Source: Vicugna vicugna
Taxonomy: Eukaryota
Direction: 5' to 3'
Assembly: GCA_013265495.1 (NCBI GenBank)
Contig: MU058387.1
Location: 806,001-870,000 of the forward strand
DNA length: 64,000 nucleotides
Positions within the stretch are counted from its first letter, which is position 1; every line of letters starts with the position of its first letter. The position numbers and the translations under genes were made by a program. Under the pieces are notes generated by a model. It had not been told where the DNA came from. It did no database searches and saw only the letters and a list, made by a program, of their open reading frames with translations. Shown piece after piece: positions 1 through 13,047 of the stretch.

Positions 1-75
1 TAGCAGTACAGAAAGGACTGGTCCCCAGCCTCTTCTTTTCCCACAGTGTGTCATCTTGAACCCTAAGGGGCTTTG

Positions 76-94
76 CACACACACACACACACAC
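76..94. repeat. (CA)n microsatellite
   Basis: About 9 CA units. Confidence 0.9.
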
Positions 95-1349
95 CAGCTC
101 TGCACCTGCCTCCCACCTGCCAGATGAACAGGCCCAGAGGTGTTATAACCTCAAGGGAAGACAGACCCAGCTGAGAAGCCTGCCCAGGCCCCGGGAGAAG
201 GTCTGGGGCAGGGAACTCTGGACCCTGGTTACAAATTGCATAGCTTAGATGGGGCTGTGGAGAGATACAGGTTTCTGATGCGGGGTGCTGCTCTTGGGTC
301 AGAAGGGTGGGGCTGTGGTCCATTTCAGCTCCTTCAGGAACTCTCACTGGTTTTGAGATTATCCCCAGACTCTGATTTCCTTAAAGAGTGAGCAAGAGAG
401 TTGGGGGTGGCGGGGGCGGTCAGAACCTTCTGGGAAAACACCAGGGTCAGGGCTTAGCCGAGTTCAAAGGCAGCTGATGGGGGGGTGGTTTCACCCAGGA
501 ATTCCCTTCATGAGGTCCCAGCCCTGAACACCCACAGTTTCTGCACCCATGAGTCCCCCAAAAGGCCAGCTCACAGCTCGGGAGGAGACCCGACTCTGGT
601 CTGGAAACGTGAGAGCAGATTTCAGGATTTCAGGGAAAAGCAGGTGCTGCTGGGCCTCCCCAGGAGCGGTGGCTGCCTCACCTGCCGCGAGCCGGGGCCG
701 GGGCGCCGCCTCTGGGCTCAGGTCAGACAGCGCGGCCCCTCCTGAGTGATGCAGCCCTGCCTGTCCCCAGACGGCACTAGCCACTTCCGTGTCACTAGGG
801 TCACGAGAAGCCACTCTTTCAGAATTATCCATGGCTGTGCTCATAGCTTCAGAAAAAGAAAAAAGCCAGTGCTTGTCTTCACCAAGTAGAATAATTTATA
901 GGTAGGGACCAATTTACTTGGTAGGGGACAGCGGGTGCTCTGCGCCTTTCCCAGTGGAAGGGACATCATGCTAAGCAGGGCGACAGGCTTCAGTGCTCAC
1001 CGTGGAAGAGGGGAGGGCCTTCTAATTAATCACAAGGCTGTCTTTACGCAGCACGGGTACCTCACTTTGTCCTGTTTAGTCAGAGCTGAGTTGCTCTTAT
1101 TTATTTATTATTTACACAGCATCTATTTTCAAAGAGAATTTGAGACAGCTGGAGAAAATGGGGTGGGGTTGGTATATGGGAGGCTCCCTGAAACCAGACA
1201 TTTGAAGAGAAAATTCTGATGGAAGGAAGTTTGGTGTTTTCTTCCTTAAGGTTTCCTCTTCCACTTCATCATTACTTCCCCTCCCTCAAAAAACTTCTGT
1301 TGACTCTCTGCCGTACAGATTCAGGTTGTCCCTTTTCACCATTACCATC

Positions 1350-2430
1350 CCTCGCCATGCCCTCCCTGCTCTTAATTGCAGGCTTTCCATCGTCCATAGA
1401 ATAAAATCCAAGTGGCTTACCAAAGCCTGACGGCCTTGCATGTTCAGGCCCATCAGAACACTTGGACCCCGACTCGCGCCATTCCTCACTTAACATCCCC
1501 AGCCACACTCGTCTTTCAAGTTGCTGTTAGAGATCAGGCTCTGCTCTTGCTAAGACCTGGAGCGCTGTGTCAGCCTCTCTTCTCCTGTGCACCACCCTTC
1601 CTTGTCCTGGATCCCGCATGGGTACCAGCTGCTCATGCCTTGGGACTCCCATTCTCCAAGATGCCATCCATCTCCACCATGTATAAGCTCACACTCACGG
1701 CCTCCTAATACTCTCTACCACACAGCTCTATGCCCTTCATGAAGTGGCTCATAATTTTATCATTCCTAGTCTCAAGTTTGCAGCTTTTATTTAATTATTT
1801 ATTTTCTGTCTTGATTTTTTTTTTAATTGAAGTATAGTTGATTTACAATGTTGTGCTAGTTTCTGGTGTACAGCATAGTGAGATATATATATATATATAT
1901 GTACATTCCTTTTCACAACCCCTTTCATTGTAAGCCATTACAAGGTATTGAATATAGTTCCCTGTATATTCCTTTTCATATTCTTTTCATTATAGGCCAC
2001 TACAAGATACTGAATATAGTTCACTGTGCTATACAGGAGGACTTTGTTGTTTATCTATTTTATATGCAATAGTTTTTTTATATACAATAGTTGGTATCTA
2101 CAAATCCTGAACTCTCAATTTATCCCTCCCCACCCCCATTTCCCCCCTGGTAACCGTAAGTTTGTTTTCTATGTCTGTGAGTCTGTCTCTGTTTTGTAAA
2201 TAAGTTCATTTGTGTCCTTTTTTTTTTTTAATTCGACATATAAGTGATATCATATGGTATTTTTCTTTCTCCTTCTGGCTGACTTCACTTAGCGTGACAA
2301 TCTGCCTTGCTTTGTAAGCACATCACCTTCCTGACTGTAAGGACTTTACCTGTCTTGTTCATCTTTGCAACCCAAGAGCCTAGCACTGCGTCAGCATGAG
2401 AGTAACCACTCAATGAATGAATGAGTGAAA
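1350..2430 (+). mobile_element. L2 LINE 3' remnant interrupted by a younger L1
   Basis: L2-like agaataaaatccaa...ggccttgcatg on the left. On the right, tgtcttgttcatc...gcctagcac...aatgaatgaatga (L2 tail). Confidence 0.55.
1814..2300 (-). mobile_element. L1 3' end, 5'-truncated (artiodactyl type)
   Basis: polyT followed by aattgaagtatagttgatttacaatgttgtg...taagtgatatcatatggtattt. Degenerate TSD tctgtcttg / tctgccttg. Confidence 0.9.
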
Positions 2431-3023
2431 AAAATACTAGCTTTGGGGGAAAGTCTGATACACTTCACTTGATTTAGAATGTCTGCCAAGAATATTTGGA
2501 TTTCTAGAGAGGGTAGCATTCTAGCCCAAAGAAACTGGTTTCTAATTATAGAATTCTAAGCATCAGGGAACTGGTGACAAAAGGTCTTTGAGGAAACAGA
2601 GGCTCATTGGAAAACCATGTCACACTATGTGGCTGCCCACCCACATGTCTTTTCCCTCAATCTGTTTCTTGAGTGTTTTGTCTAAGAGGGCAAGCCTGCC
2701 ATTTAGATGTAATACTTTTGAAGTTGAACTTCGTTAGCTCCACATTCATACTCCCAAGGACTGGGGAGCCCAGCATTTTAGTCAAGTGTGAACATGTGGC
2801 TGAGGAAGGAATGAGTCATCTGATCCGATCTGATTTCAAACATCTGATGCTCCCGTCATAAATCTCAGGATTTAAAGTTGGCTTTCTCATCCCCAGATTC
2901 ACATTCCTGTCTGATACTGGCATTCTTAATTTTATTTACAAGATCAGAACTCTTTTCTGAACAACTATGAGGTAGCTGAGACAAGGATGGAAAGCAAATC
3001 AAAACTTTTTTCTCATGTGACTT

Positions 3024-3184
3024 TGTGTGTGTGTATGTGTGTGTATGTATGTGTGCATGTGTATGTATCTGTGTGTATGGTGTGTATATGTGTGTATGTG
3101 TGCATGTGTGTGTATGTATCTATGTGTGTATGTATGGTGTGTATGTATGTGTGAGTGTGTGTATGTGTGTGTGTGTGTATGTGT
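3024..3184. repeat. Compound (TG)n/(TATG)n low-complexity tract
   Basis: About 160 bp of imperfect TG/TATG repeats. Confidence 0.95.
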
Positions 3185-3737
3185 TATAGGATCATATTAA
3201 CAGCTGTGTCACCTCCCTCTGGTGCCAGCTATGTGCACACAGGCCTGGGTGACATGGACTGAGTCAGACTGTAGTTTGCTTTCCTTTGACAAAAAAGAAA
3301 AAAAAACTTATGTTCTCCTTTTTTTTTTTTGTGGAAGCTTTTTTTTTTTTTTAACAAAGAATTAAGCGGCTGAAATTGACTGGCAACACCTACTTAAGAG
3401 AATGCAGACTTTTTGCATGGGCGGTGAAGTTGGAAACCTGCAGTGGGCATGAATGAAAGCAGGGCTCTGACTGCACATAAACCTAGAAAAGGATCTACTC
3501 TGCTCGTGTGTTTAAATTCCTCCATATCTGGGGAATAATCTCAAAATTCATTCAAATGAGAAAGATCACTATAATAGATTTTTTTAAAGGTAGCTTTTAA
3601 AATATGTTGTATGCGTGTTTAAATTATTTTCCTTTGAATTCCTCCTTTTCTGCACTGTGTAGCTGCACTGGATATGGTACTGGTGCCTCTCATCTGGGGT
3701 TTTCGTTTACGTCTTAGAAATCACTTGATTTAATCTT

Positions 3738-4092
3738 TTTTAGCATTTTTTATTGATTTATAATCATTTTACAATGTTGTGTCAGATTCCAGGGTAGAGC
3801 ACAATTTTTCAGTCATGCATGAACATATATATATTCATTGTCACATTTTTTTCTCTGTGAGCTACCATAAGATCTTGTGTATATTTCCCTGTGCTATATA
3901 GTATAATCTTGTTTATCTATTCTACAATTTTAAAATCCTGTCTATCCCTTCCCACCCTCCACCCCCTTGGCAACCACAAATTTGTATTCTATGTCTATGA
4001 GTCTATTTCTGTTTTGTATTTATGCTTTTGTTTTTGTTTTTGTTTTTTGGATTCCACATACAAGTGATCTCATATGGTATTTTTCTTTCTCT
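3738..4092 (-). mobile_element. Young L1 3' end with a perfect 17-bp TSD
   Basis: L1 3'UTR in reverse. TCACTTGATTTAATCTT occurs at 3721-3737 and 4093-4109. Confidence 0.92.
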
Positions 4093-4828
4093 TCACTTGA
4101 TTTAATCTTAACCCACATCTGGTCATGTCCCAGGGTGTGGTTAGGGGAGAAGGTTCTTGAGAGAAGGAGAGGGTCAGGGATAAGAAATGATCATCTTTCT
4201 TCTGTTTCTTGTCCCTTCTCATCTCCCTAAATCCAGAAATAGTCTCCTGAACATGGCCTGACACTTCCGCATGACAGGTGCTCTGAAGATGAGAAGGTGC
4301 ATTGGAAAGTGTTTATTCAGTGAGGAACTTTTATACCATTTATATTCAGAGCCATGCCTGTAACACTGAAATAGGCTTAAGCGATGAATTTTTCATTTTT
4401 TTTTTTAGACTCAAAACCAGATAACTCACCTGGAAATACACACTATGTAATTTCATTTCACACACCTAATCAATATTGCTGCCCGAAATCTGTATTCTCC
4501 TTGTGAAGGAGACCTAAGATTTTCTGTTTCATTATGTATATTACATATATGGTGCAGTATTTTGGTGGAAAAATAAGCCGTGTTTATATTTTCGGAATCA
4601 GCTGATTTTTTTTTCATAAGGTGTTTTCATAGCTCTCAAAGATACCGGCCTGTTTTTTGTTAATCCTAACCATGCAGAATGGTACAGTGATGTGCAATTA
4701 AAAGGCAGTTGGACTGTCACGCTGAAGTTGTGTAAATATTTATAAGCTGTTAGTACATATGAGCGTAAACACATACTTGCTGTGGTTAGATCGTAAAGAG
4801 TAACCTGAATTTAAGTCATAACCATTTT

Positions 4829-5129
4829 ATTATTTTATTTTATGTTTTATGTATTTAATGCTTCTATTCTAGTCGGTTGAAAATCTTGTGTCAATTTCTG
4901 GTGTACAGTGTAATGTTTCAGGCACACATGTACACACACGTATATTCCTTTTCGTATTCTTTTTCATTACAGGTCACTACAAGGTATTGAACATAGTTCC
5001 CTGTACTCTACGGTAGGCCCTTGTCATTCATCTGTGTAATATATGTACTGTGTCTCTGCAAATTTCAAACCCCCAATGAATGCCTTCCCATCCTCTTTCC
5101 CCGCTGGTACCCATAAGTTTGTTTTCTAT
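4829..5129 (-). mobile_element. L1 3' end, 5'-truncated
   Basis: tgtgtcaatttctggtgtacag...cataagtttgttttctat. TSD gtcataaccatttt (4815-4828) / gtcgtaaccatctt (5130-5143). Confidence 0.88.
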
Positions 5130-6489
5130 GTCGTAACCATCTTCGAACTGAGGTGGTAGGTGTCTAGTCTGATCAGACGTGCCTTTCATGAAAAGAAGTT
5201 TGTAGTCATAGGTCAGATGGACCTTATTTGAGTAGCACTATGGCTGAAGAAGAGACTAGAATTTGATGTTATTTTGTAAAACAAGTGTAGTGCTGTAGTG
5301 AGGACGATTATTTTCTACTTGCACGTTCTGTGTCTTTTTCTAAAGTCATCTGGTTGCTTTGTGCTTGGGGACTACTTATCCATCAGTCTCTCCAGATAGG
5401 TTAGTGTAGCTTTAAACCCTTGAAGCCTGTCCTGAAATATGATCCCGATGATTCCTTACGGGACCTCAGGTTGAAGATGTCGAAGAGATTTTACAGACTG
5501 CCTCTTCAAACAGAGTAGTCATCTGAAGGTCGCTCTTTGATTCGTCAGTTGATTCTACAGACACTTCTTGAATGCCTGCCACGTGCTGCTCTGGGCTCTG
5601 GGGAAACAATAGGGGGCAAAAGCAGATCAGCCTCTGGCTGCGTGGCGTTTACAGGGAACACAGTTGAGGAGCGAGGCCCTGCGGCCCGTGTTTGATTCAG
5701 ATCCATCCCTGTCACTTCTCTGCTGATCCACTCTGGAGAAGCTACTTCATTTGGAGCATTCCTTCCCTCCACAGGGGAAATAACAGTATAAAGTGCATTG
5801 TTTCATTATGAGTCAGTGTCTGTAAGGTTCTTTAAAAGTATCAAAATACTAAGTTGAAAGTGCTCTTGAAACACTGAAGTGGGTAAGTCAAGTGGGTGTT
5901 TGAATTTACAAGTGAGGAGCTGAGAGGTCAGTCTAGGATGGAGATTTAAGTTTAAATGAAATGAAATATTAAAATGTTTTGGGATTATAAAGAGCCTTTT
6001 GCAAAGAGTTATTTGATCTGACAGGAGCCTTTACTCAATGCCAAGGGCCATGTCGTAATTATCTTTTCTAGTAACCAGCTCCATGCCTGGTGGGCAGTGG
6101 GCATTTTCCACGTGTTCACTGGGCTGTCCTTGGTGCTGGTCAGACCACTGGGAGTCTTATTTTCCATTACGCACATCAAGGAAGGCATTACCAATGAAGG
6201 CATCAGCATTGCCGAGATTCTGGAGCAAATAAGGGCAAGGGACATTTATGCAGGAAAGGAGACTATCTCAGAGACCCAAGAAATGTCTCCGCATATTTGC
6301 AGGCCTGATGGATGGAAGGGCATATGTATGTATCTCCAGAAGAAAGAACTATGTTAAAAATAGGGAACGAAAGTCAGAGGAAGATAAAATCTGATGAATT
6401 CACAAGAACCCTCTCTCTACTCAATTAGGGACAAGAGCTCCCTAGAACAGGGGGCTTTTGGTTACTTTTTTTTTTAACGCTAATAATAG

Positions 6490-6920
6490 CAGTGACATAA
6501 TGAATGTATGTTTTCCATGTGTTACATAATATTCTAAGTGATTGTAGTCTTAGACCAACCACGAGAAAGTAATACTATCATTTTCCCTGTTTTGCATATG
6601 AATTAACTGGGGCATCGGGAGATGCTAGGAATTGGGAAAGTTGTTCAGGTCAACTGTCCCCAGAGACCAGCTCCAGCTCAGTTACACCATCTCTACCTCT
6701 CCTAAATCACAGTTTATTGAGTGCCTATTTGGTGCTTTTAGTTACTTTACGTGCATTATATCTAGTCTTTCCAGCAACTTGGCAAGCATGGCTCATTATC
6801 CCCCCCTGAAATGAAAAAAGTGATGTTCAGACAGGTTAAGTCCAGTGCTCACTGCCATGCCATCAGTGAGTGGCTGAGCTGAGGTCAAACGAAATTCTGA
6901 CTCCAGACCCTTTGCTCTTT
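6490..6920 (-). mobile_element. Two adjacent MIR remnants
   Basis: MIR-core-like actatcattttccctgttttgcatatgaattaactggggca and aaatgaaaaaagtgatgttcagacaggttaagt. Confidence 0.6.
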
Positions 6921-9414
6921 CCACGCCCCCACACCACCTCCACCCCTGAAAGCAACTCCTGACAGTGAGTGTCTGCGTAGCAGGACCCTGAAGTGGCTGA
7001 TCATCAGCCCTACCTGGGGAAAGCTGACAAAATGTACCTGCCCAGCCTTCTTCTAAGTTCTACAAACCCAAACCATACAGAACGGGATCCAGAAACCTTA
7101 ATTTTTCATCACCTTCCCCAAATATCTCTGATCACCCTCGGGATTGGGGAATCACTGGGTCAGATGATGGGACAATCTCTCCCAATGGGAAGAGTCTAAG
7201 AAATCAGCTATTTTCCATGCCTGAAACATGAGATACTCAGCATTTATTTGAGCAAATGAATGAATGTAGGAAGGAATGAACTACCTTTCTGTGAAATGGG
7301 TTGAAAAGTGTGTAGATGTGAGCTGCAGGGGGTCCATCATTACTGAACCATATACTTTTTTCTTTGTTAATCCTGTCGGTGCTGTCTCCATACAGTTCTT
7401 CTCTCTTAGTATCTGTTCACCACTGGGCTTATTAAATACCCTGGCGGCTCAGTTTTGCAGTCCTAGACTATGCAGATTTTTATGAACCCAGGGGATGGTG
7501 AGTGGGAGCTCCCTGTGGATTGAGAGCAGCACATGGCAGTAAAGGTATACGCAAAGTTTATAGATTTGAGTTTGTAACACTGGTTGCTTGTTCTAAACTT
7601 ATCCCTATTATTTAAACCAACTGCATTGGAAACCCTGTGCAAAAAAACTCTTCAAGTGTGTTAGAGAATTTTATTCTTGTTAAGAGAATAGCTTTTTTTC
7701 GGGGGTCCAATTTTAATGTTTTCAATTCTAGACTGACTGGAGCCAGAAAATTGCCAACTGTTTAAATAAAATGTTTCTTTCCTTCCCTCCTCCTCTCCCT
7801 CTTCCCTTCTTTCTCTCTCTTTGTTTTAGCAAAGAGAAATATTTGTCTAGTGAGAAACTTCAACTGGGTTGAGCTTCAGTGAATGAGATGGAAAAATGGT
7901 TTCAAGTTAGGGGGAAGCTATGGTTATAATGTTCCCCAGATTCCTCTGCTAATCCCCACATCTTGGCCAGCTAAGTATAGAACTCCCCTGATTGTTGCAT
8001 GAGCAGTATTTATAACCTATCTTCAGGAATGTGGAACTGCGCACAAAAATCTGTAAATTGCTTTAGTGTTTCCAGATTGTAACAAAGACATTTGCGGTGT
8101 AGTTGGGCCTGTGGCTTTGCACCTGCGTATGCCTGATTTTCAGTGCAAACTTAACTCCAGAAGCTCTAAATCTGATGTACCCTGGAAGTTTTCTAGCACC
8201 CTTCTTCAAGTTAGCTTTCTCATCGCTGTCACCTCATGCAGCGTGTTGCCTTGGCACAGTCTGGCCAATGCCAAGGCCATTAACATTTAATTAGGTTTGT
8301 CCTGGTGTCATTATATCATGCAATCGACAGGGCTATTGACAATTTCTGTCTTCTGAGCTGTGGTTTTATAGTCTGAGTTTATTAAGCGCTTCTGGAATAC
8401 AGGCTCCTGGAATTAATTTAAAAAAAAAAAAAACTTTTAGGCAGCATCAGGGGAGAAACACTTTGCAGAGAGATTTTATGTGATTTATGTCCTCTTGAGT
8501 CTCAGTTCCTCTGAAAAGAGTTAACTTAAAAGGTAGCCTGGCATAATTGTTACTGTTACTGTCATCTTGAACAGACAGGCAGGGCGAGGTTCTCTCTTTG
8601 TCCAAAGAACATTTGTTGCATGTTGATTTACACTCAGGCTTTAAACCGTATTTTCTGCCTTGAAATATTTTTTCCTGGCCCCCTCCATTAAGCCATTCTT
8701 CACAGTCTCTCGTTTCCCGGAGAAGAGACGTATTCCATGCAGTATTCAAGTAGGAAAGAAAACAGCAAAAAAAGTTGCACTTGATATTTGAAATTCATCT
8801 AGTAAAGCAAAATCTTTTTATTCCCAACTTCTAGAGACTTATAAATGAAATGGCTAATGGTTTTGAGACACGGGTTTAGAAGCAGGATTCCCTCATTGAG
8901 AAGCAGACAGAGTTGGGGAAAGCGCTGTGCAGTCAAGAGTTTTGCTCCTTCTCTGAGCTGGGCTGGGTTTCAGCTCTTGACCCACCTTACAGCTCATCCA
9001 TGTATAGAACTCCTGGGATTGCTTCCCTGCCTTGCACCTTAGTGTCCTTCAGATCATCACATAGACAGTCCTTCCCCTGCTGTCTCTGCCCTGATACCCC
9101 GTGGACCAGATGAGACCTTGGGACAGGCACCATATTCCCAGATGCCCTGGGGTTGGAGTTCTTTACACAACACCATAATTTCCTGCTTATTCATTCCTTT
9201 CCCTTCATTATACTTTTAAGACTCACAAAGCCAAAAAACACATCAGTTTCTGCATGGTAGTAGCCTCACCTTAGATGTCCAGTCAAAACTAGCTGAACAC
9301 ATGAATGACAAACATGTTGCATTTTCATGCTTTTTTGATGTCTGGCATGAAGTCTTTTTAGGCACTGTTTATCAGAAACTTACCTTCGATTTTCTTTTTA
9401 AAATAAGACTAACT

Positions 9415-9560
9415 TTCTAAGGTGCTTGTAAGGCACTTTACCTCCCCAGGGGACATATATGTGGCAATGTCGAGGACATCGTGGTGTGCTCACGGCTGCC
9501 CCCCAACAAAAGAATCATCTGACTCAGTCTTCGAATGGTGCTGGTGTTGAGAAATCCTGG
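9415..9560. mobile_element. MER20-like hAT DNA transposon, internally deleted
   Basis: ccccaggggaca...tggcaatgtc.aggacat...ccccccaacaaaagaatcatctg...gttgagaaatcctg. Confidence 0.6.
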
Positions 9561-9689
9561 AGTAGGTGTAAGTTCAGAGAACTCAGCAGGTCAAAGGTGA
9601 TTTTATTTTATTCTACATGTTGGCATAAACGTCTTTGAATATCATTTATGAGAACAGGCACCCAGAGAATAACAGTTTCTATTTATTAC

Positions 9690-9905
9690 ATTCTTGCCTG
9701 GTGTTAGGCACCATATGAGCTTTTCACAAAAATTATCCTAATTAATCCTTTCCACAGTGCTGTTGAGTTAAGAATTATTTTATCCTCATTTTTCAGATAA
9801 GGAGACTAAGACATAAAAGGTTAAGTAATTTATCAATAGTCCTGCAGCTCCTAAGCACCAGAGGTGGGATGAGAACTCAGGGGCAGTGTTTTTGACCATA
9901 ACATT
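9690..9905 (-). mobile_element. MIR SINE
   Basis: Core tatcctcatttttcagataaggagactaagacataaaaggttaagtaattt. Confidence 0.8.
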
Positions 9906-12385
9906 CTCTATAAATACAGTCTTCATCTTAGGGTCTAAAAGGTTTTCTCCCCTTGGTATTTAGTAGGAACTAGAGCTGAAAATACGGAGGAAATTTTAGC
10001 CTACTGAAATTAAAAAAAAAATGTATTATTGCCTAGGTGGTTGTAATTTTACACTTGCACTAACTTGAACAAAGATATAGTCTATTTGGCTGGCATAACG
10101 TGTAGGCTGGTTTTGATCCAAGAATTAGAGCCAGCCTGCCATGCACAGTTACTTTTTGAGATTCCCAAGAAGCACAAAGGAAACCCCAAAAGTTTGTTTT
10201 CATTCAGAATTGAACATGTCCTAGCTAATCAACACAGTGAGATCTCCATGGGATGTTGCTCCTGCAGAGGTGAGTAAACAGTTGCCCGTCTGCCCCGTAT
10301 GATCCCATCAGGCGCTTTCTTCAGGACCACGTCCTCCTCTTGTGTAATACACAAGAACCACTCGGAAGTAAAGTGCACCTGCCAGACAGCAAGGCGTGGG
10401 GCAGCGGGCTGGTTGATAAGCTTTTTTCTCTCTGTACAGAGGACACACTTGAGGCAGGTGAAGATTTGCACTTTGGATGCACAATGAGTTTCCCCAGGTC
10501 CATCCTGAGTACCGTTAGCTCCCAATCATTATTGCCTTGAGGCTGTTGGCAGATAAACTTTCTAAACAAACTACCATCCTCAAGCATTGGTCTCTTGTTT
10601 CTAGGGCTTCAAAACTTGATTTGTAAATGCGGTTAAGAAGCATCTATTCATTCCTACATGCAAACTTAAAAGACCCTGGGGCAGCTGTTTAGCTCTCTTG
10701 GAAAACTCTGTTCATTGGATGCTACTATCACACTTTGAAGATTCCTGCGAAATATTCAAGTGTATCAGATTCTATTAGAGCTTCACTTTCTGACCTCTTT
10801 TGAAGAGTAAATGCAACATAGCACTAAAGAGATTTTTGTTCTTGAATAAACTGTGCTTTGTAAAAGTGAGCCCCTCTAATTACAAATAACTCTTTAAGCT
10901 CCTGCTGGACATTACTGCTTGGATCTGTTGAGGCCAAGTGACAGCTTTCGTCACTGCATTCCTCTACCTAGAAGATGTGACTTCCTTTTAAGATGTAATC
11001 TGAGACTGTCTCCCAGGGACAAAAGTCATCAGTAGACCTTATGCTTTTACTCTTCTCAATGAGTCATCTGACATGCTCTTGCATTTATTGTACATTTAAT
11101 AAGGTAAAACATTTGAACAATTAAATAATATGGCACTGTGTTTAGGGCAGCGTTTCTCTGATTTTAATGTGCACATCCTAGGCACTTGCTAATATGCAAA
11201 TTCCATGTTTCCACCACCTTCAAGGATCACACTTGAACAGCGAGCTATTAGGGAACGTTGACATGGTTTGAAGATTCACATCCTAAGCTGATGTCAAGCT
11301 GATGGCATTAAACTAGCTTTTCTGACACTACCCCTTGTTTTATTATAAATTATTTTTAAGTGTATAGGGAGATTTTTACTAGCAGGGATGACTCCTGTTC
11401 AGTTACAAGACATATATTTGGAAGTGTTAACAAATTAAATAATGCTTGAGTTTTAATAAAGTATCACATTCTCTGTTCTGCCTGGAAAGAGATGCTGTAC
11501 CCTGCCTCCTTTTTTTTTTTTTTGAAAGGTTTCTGAACAATAAAAAAGAAATATTACTGTTTCTGGCATTTTTAAGATGGTGCACAATCTTTCACATTGT
11601 GGAACAAATTTACAATATTTTGGACACTTAAGTAGCAGTTACAGTGTTTTTTTTTCTTTTTTAATTATGTTTCTAAAGATAGCTAAGGGGACAATTTTAA
11701 ATCATTCCACTGTGCTTTTAGATATAAATTATTTCGGTCACTGTGTATTGGTGAGAATTGAGAGGCTCAGAGCTTGCTGTGTCCTGTCATGTTAGCTTAT
11801 TTTGTAGGGAAATCAAATCTGGCACCTTTCAATTAACTTCTCTACCTCTCTGATCTGAAAATAGATGGAACACGTTCTGGAGCAAGAAGGCATAATTACT
11901 ACTGGTAGATTGCCTTTACTTCCCAAACTGCGTCTTCTGTCGTTTCGATATTTGCTTAGAGTCCTAATTTAAAAGCAGGAAAACACTCCCGGGTGAGAGG
12001 AAGGTTGTATTGTCGAGAAATAATTTATTCCCAATCATGAGCTTGTCAACTCTCAAAGGAATCACAATGGTATATCTCGTCTGTTCCTGGAGATCTCGAA
12101 GAAGGAAATGTGTCATGGGCTGGAGTTCAGTCATTCCAGTTGGTAACTCGGGTGAGAGCTATTTGGGAGGCAGACAAAGGTGAGAGGCGGCAGGGAGGGG
12201 GAAGATAAGTGACGTCTTCTCTGCCTCTATACGTTTTGTGCATCACCTTTAAACTGTTTTATCACCGTGTCAGATCAAAAGGATGCATCTTTTAAAATAA
12301 CTGTACCAGTCCCCATCTTACATTTGTTGACTTATAATTGGAAAGGTTTCACCCTTTTTCCCTTAAATTTTATTAGTTGCTTGGT

Positions 12386-13047
12386 TGATACAGGAAAAAG
12401 TGGGTGGCGCGAGAGGACGGCCATGTACCGGGTCTCGCTTGGGTCCCTGGTGGTGTAGGAGAATAGGTTCTTGCCTCGCGCAGGAGAGAATTCAAGAGCA
12501 AGGCGTGGTAAAGTTAAAGCAAGTTTATTCAGAGAGATACACACTCCATAAACAGAGTGGGGTCTGTCTCACTCAGAAGGGAAAACAGCTTGGGAGATAC
12601 ATACTCCATAGGCAGAATGTGGGCCATCTCAGAGAGGTGAGAGGGAAAGAGACTGAAAGGCATAGGGGTGTTTAGTTTAAAGTAAAAGTAGGTACATACT
12701 CCATAGAAAGAGTGCGGGCTGTCTCAGAAGGCAAGAGGGAAAGAGACCATGAGGTGCTGAATTGTTAAGTTTTATGGGCTTAGTAACTTCATACGTTAAT
12801 GGGTTAGGAGGATTATTCCAGCTACTTTTCAAAAGGGGCAGGGATTTCCAGGAGTCGGGCCCCACCCACTTTTGGACCTTTTATGGTCATCCTGGGAACT
12901 GTCATGGCACTTGTGTGTGTGCCGTGAGGCTCACGGTCTACTGGAAGTCGGATCTGCCGCCATCTTGATTCTAATCAGTCTGTCCTGCCCTCAGGTGCTG
13001 TGTCATTCCTTCAGTGGTTATGCCTTGCCCCCTTTCCCCCTATCTCA
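12386..13047 (-). mobile_element. Solo ERV LTR (ERV1-like), copy A
   Basis: TGATACAGG...CCTATCTCA inverted termini. On the minus strand, CATAAA (~12771-12776) and AATAAA (12524-12529). Three internal ~36-bp direct repeats. Confidence 0.75.

Noticed and set aside
485..844. Overlapping short ORFs in the GC-rich patch
   Set aside because: Expected from high GC content; no recognisable product.
940..960. CTCF-like motif on the minus strand (CCACTGGGAAAGGCGC)
   Set aside because: Spacing does not fit the CTCF core.
12535..12730. CRISPR-like spaced direct repeats
   Set aside because: Imperfect repeats with irregular spacing inside an LTR in mammalian DNA; no cas genes.
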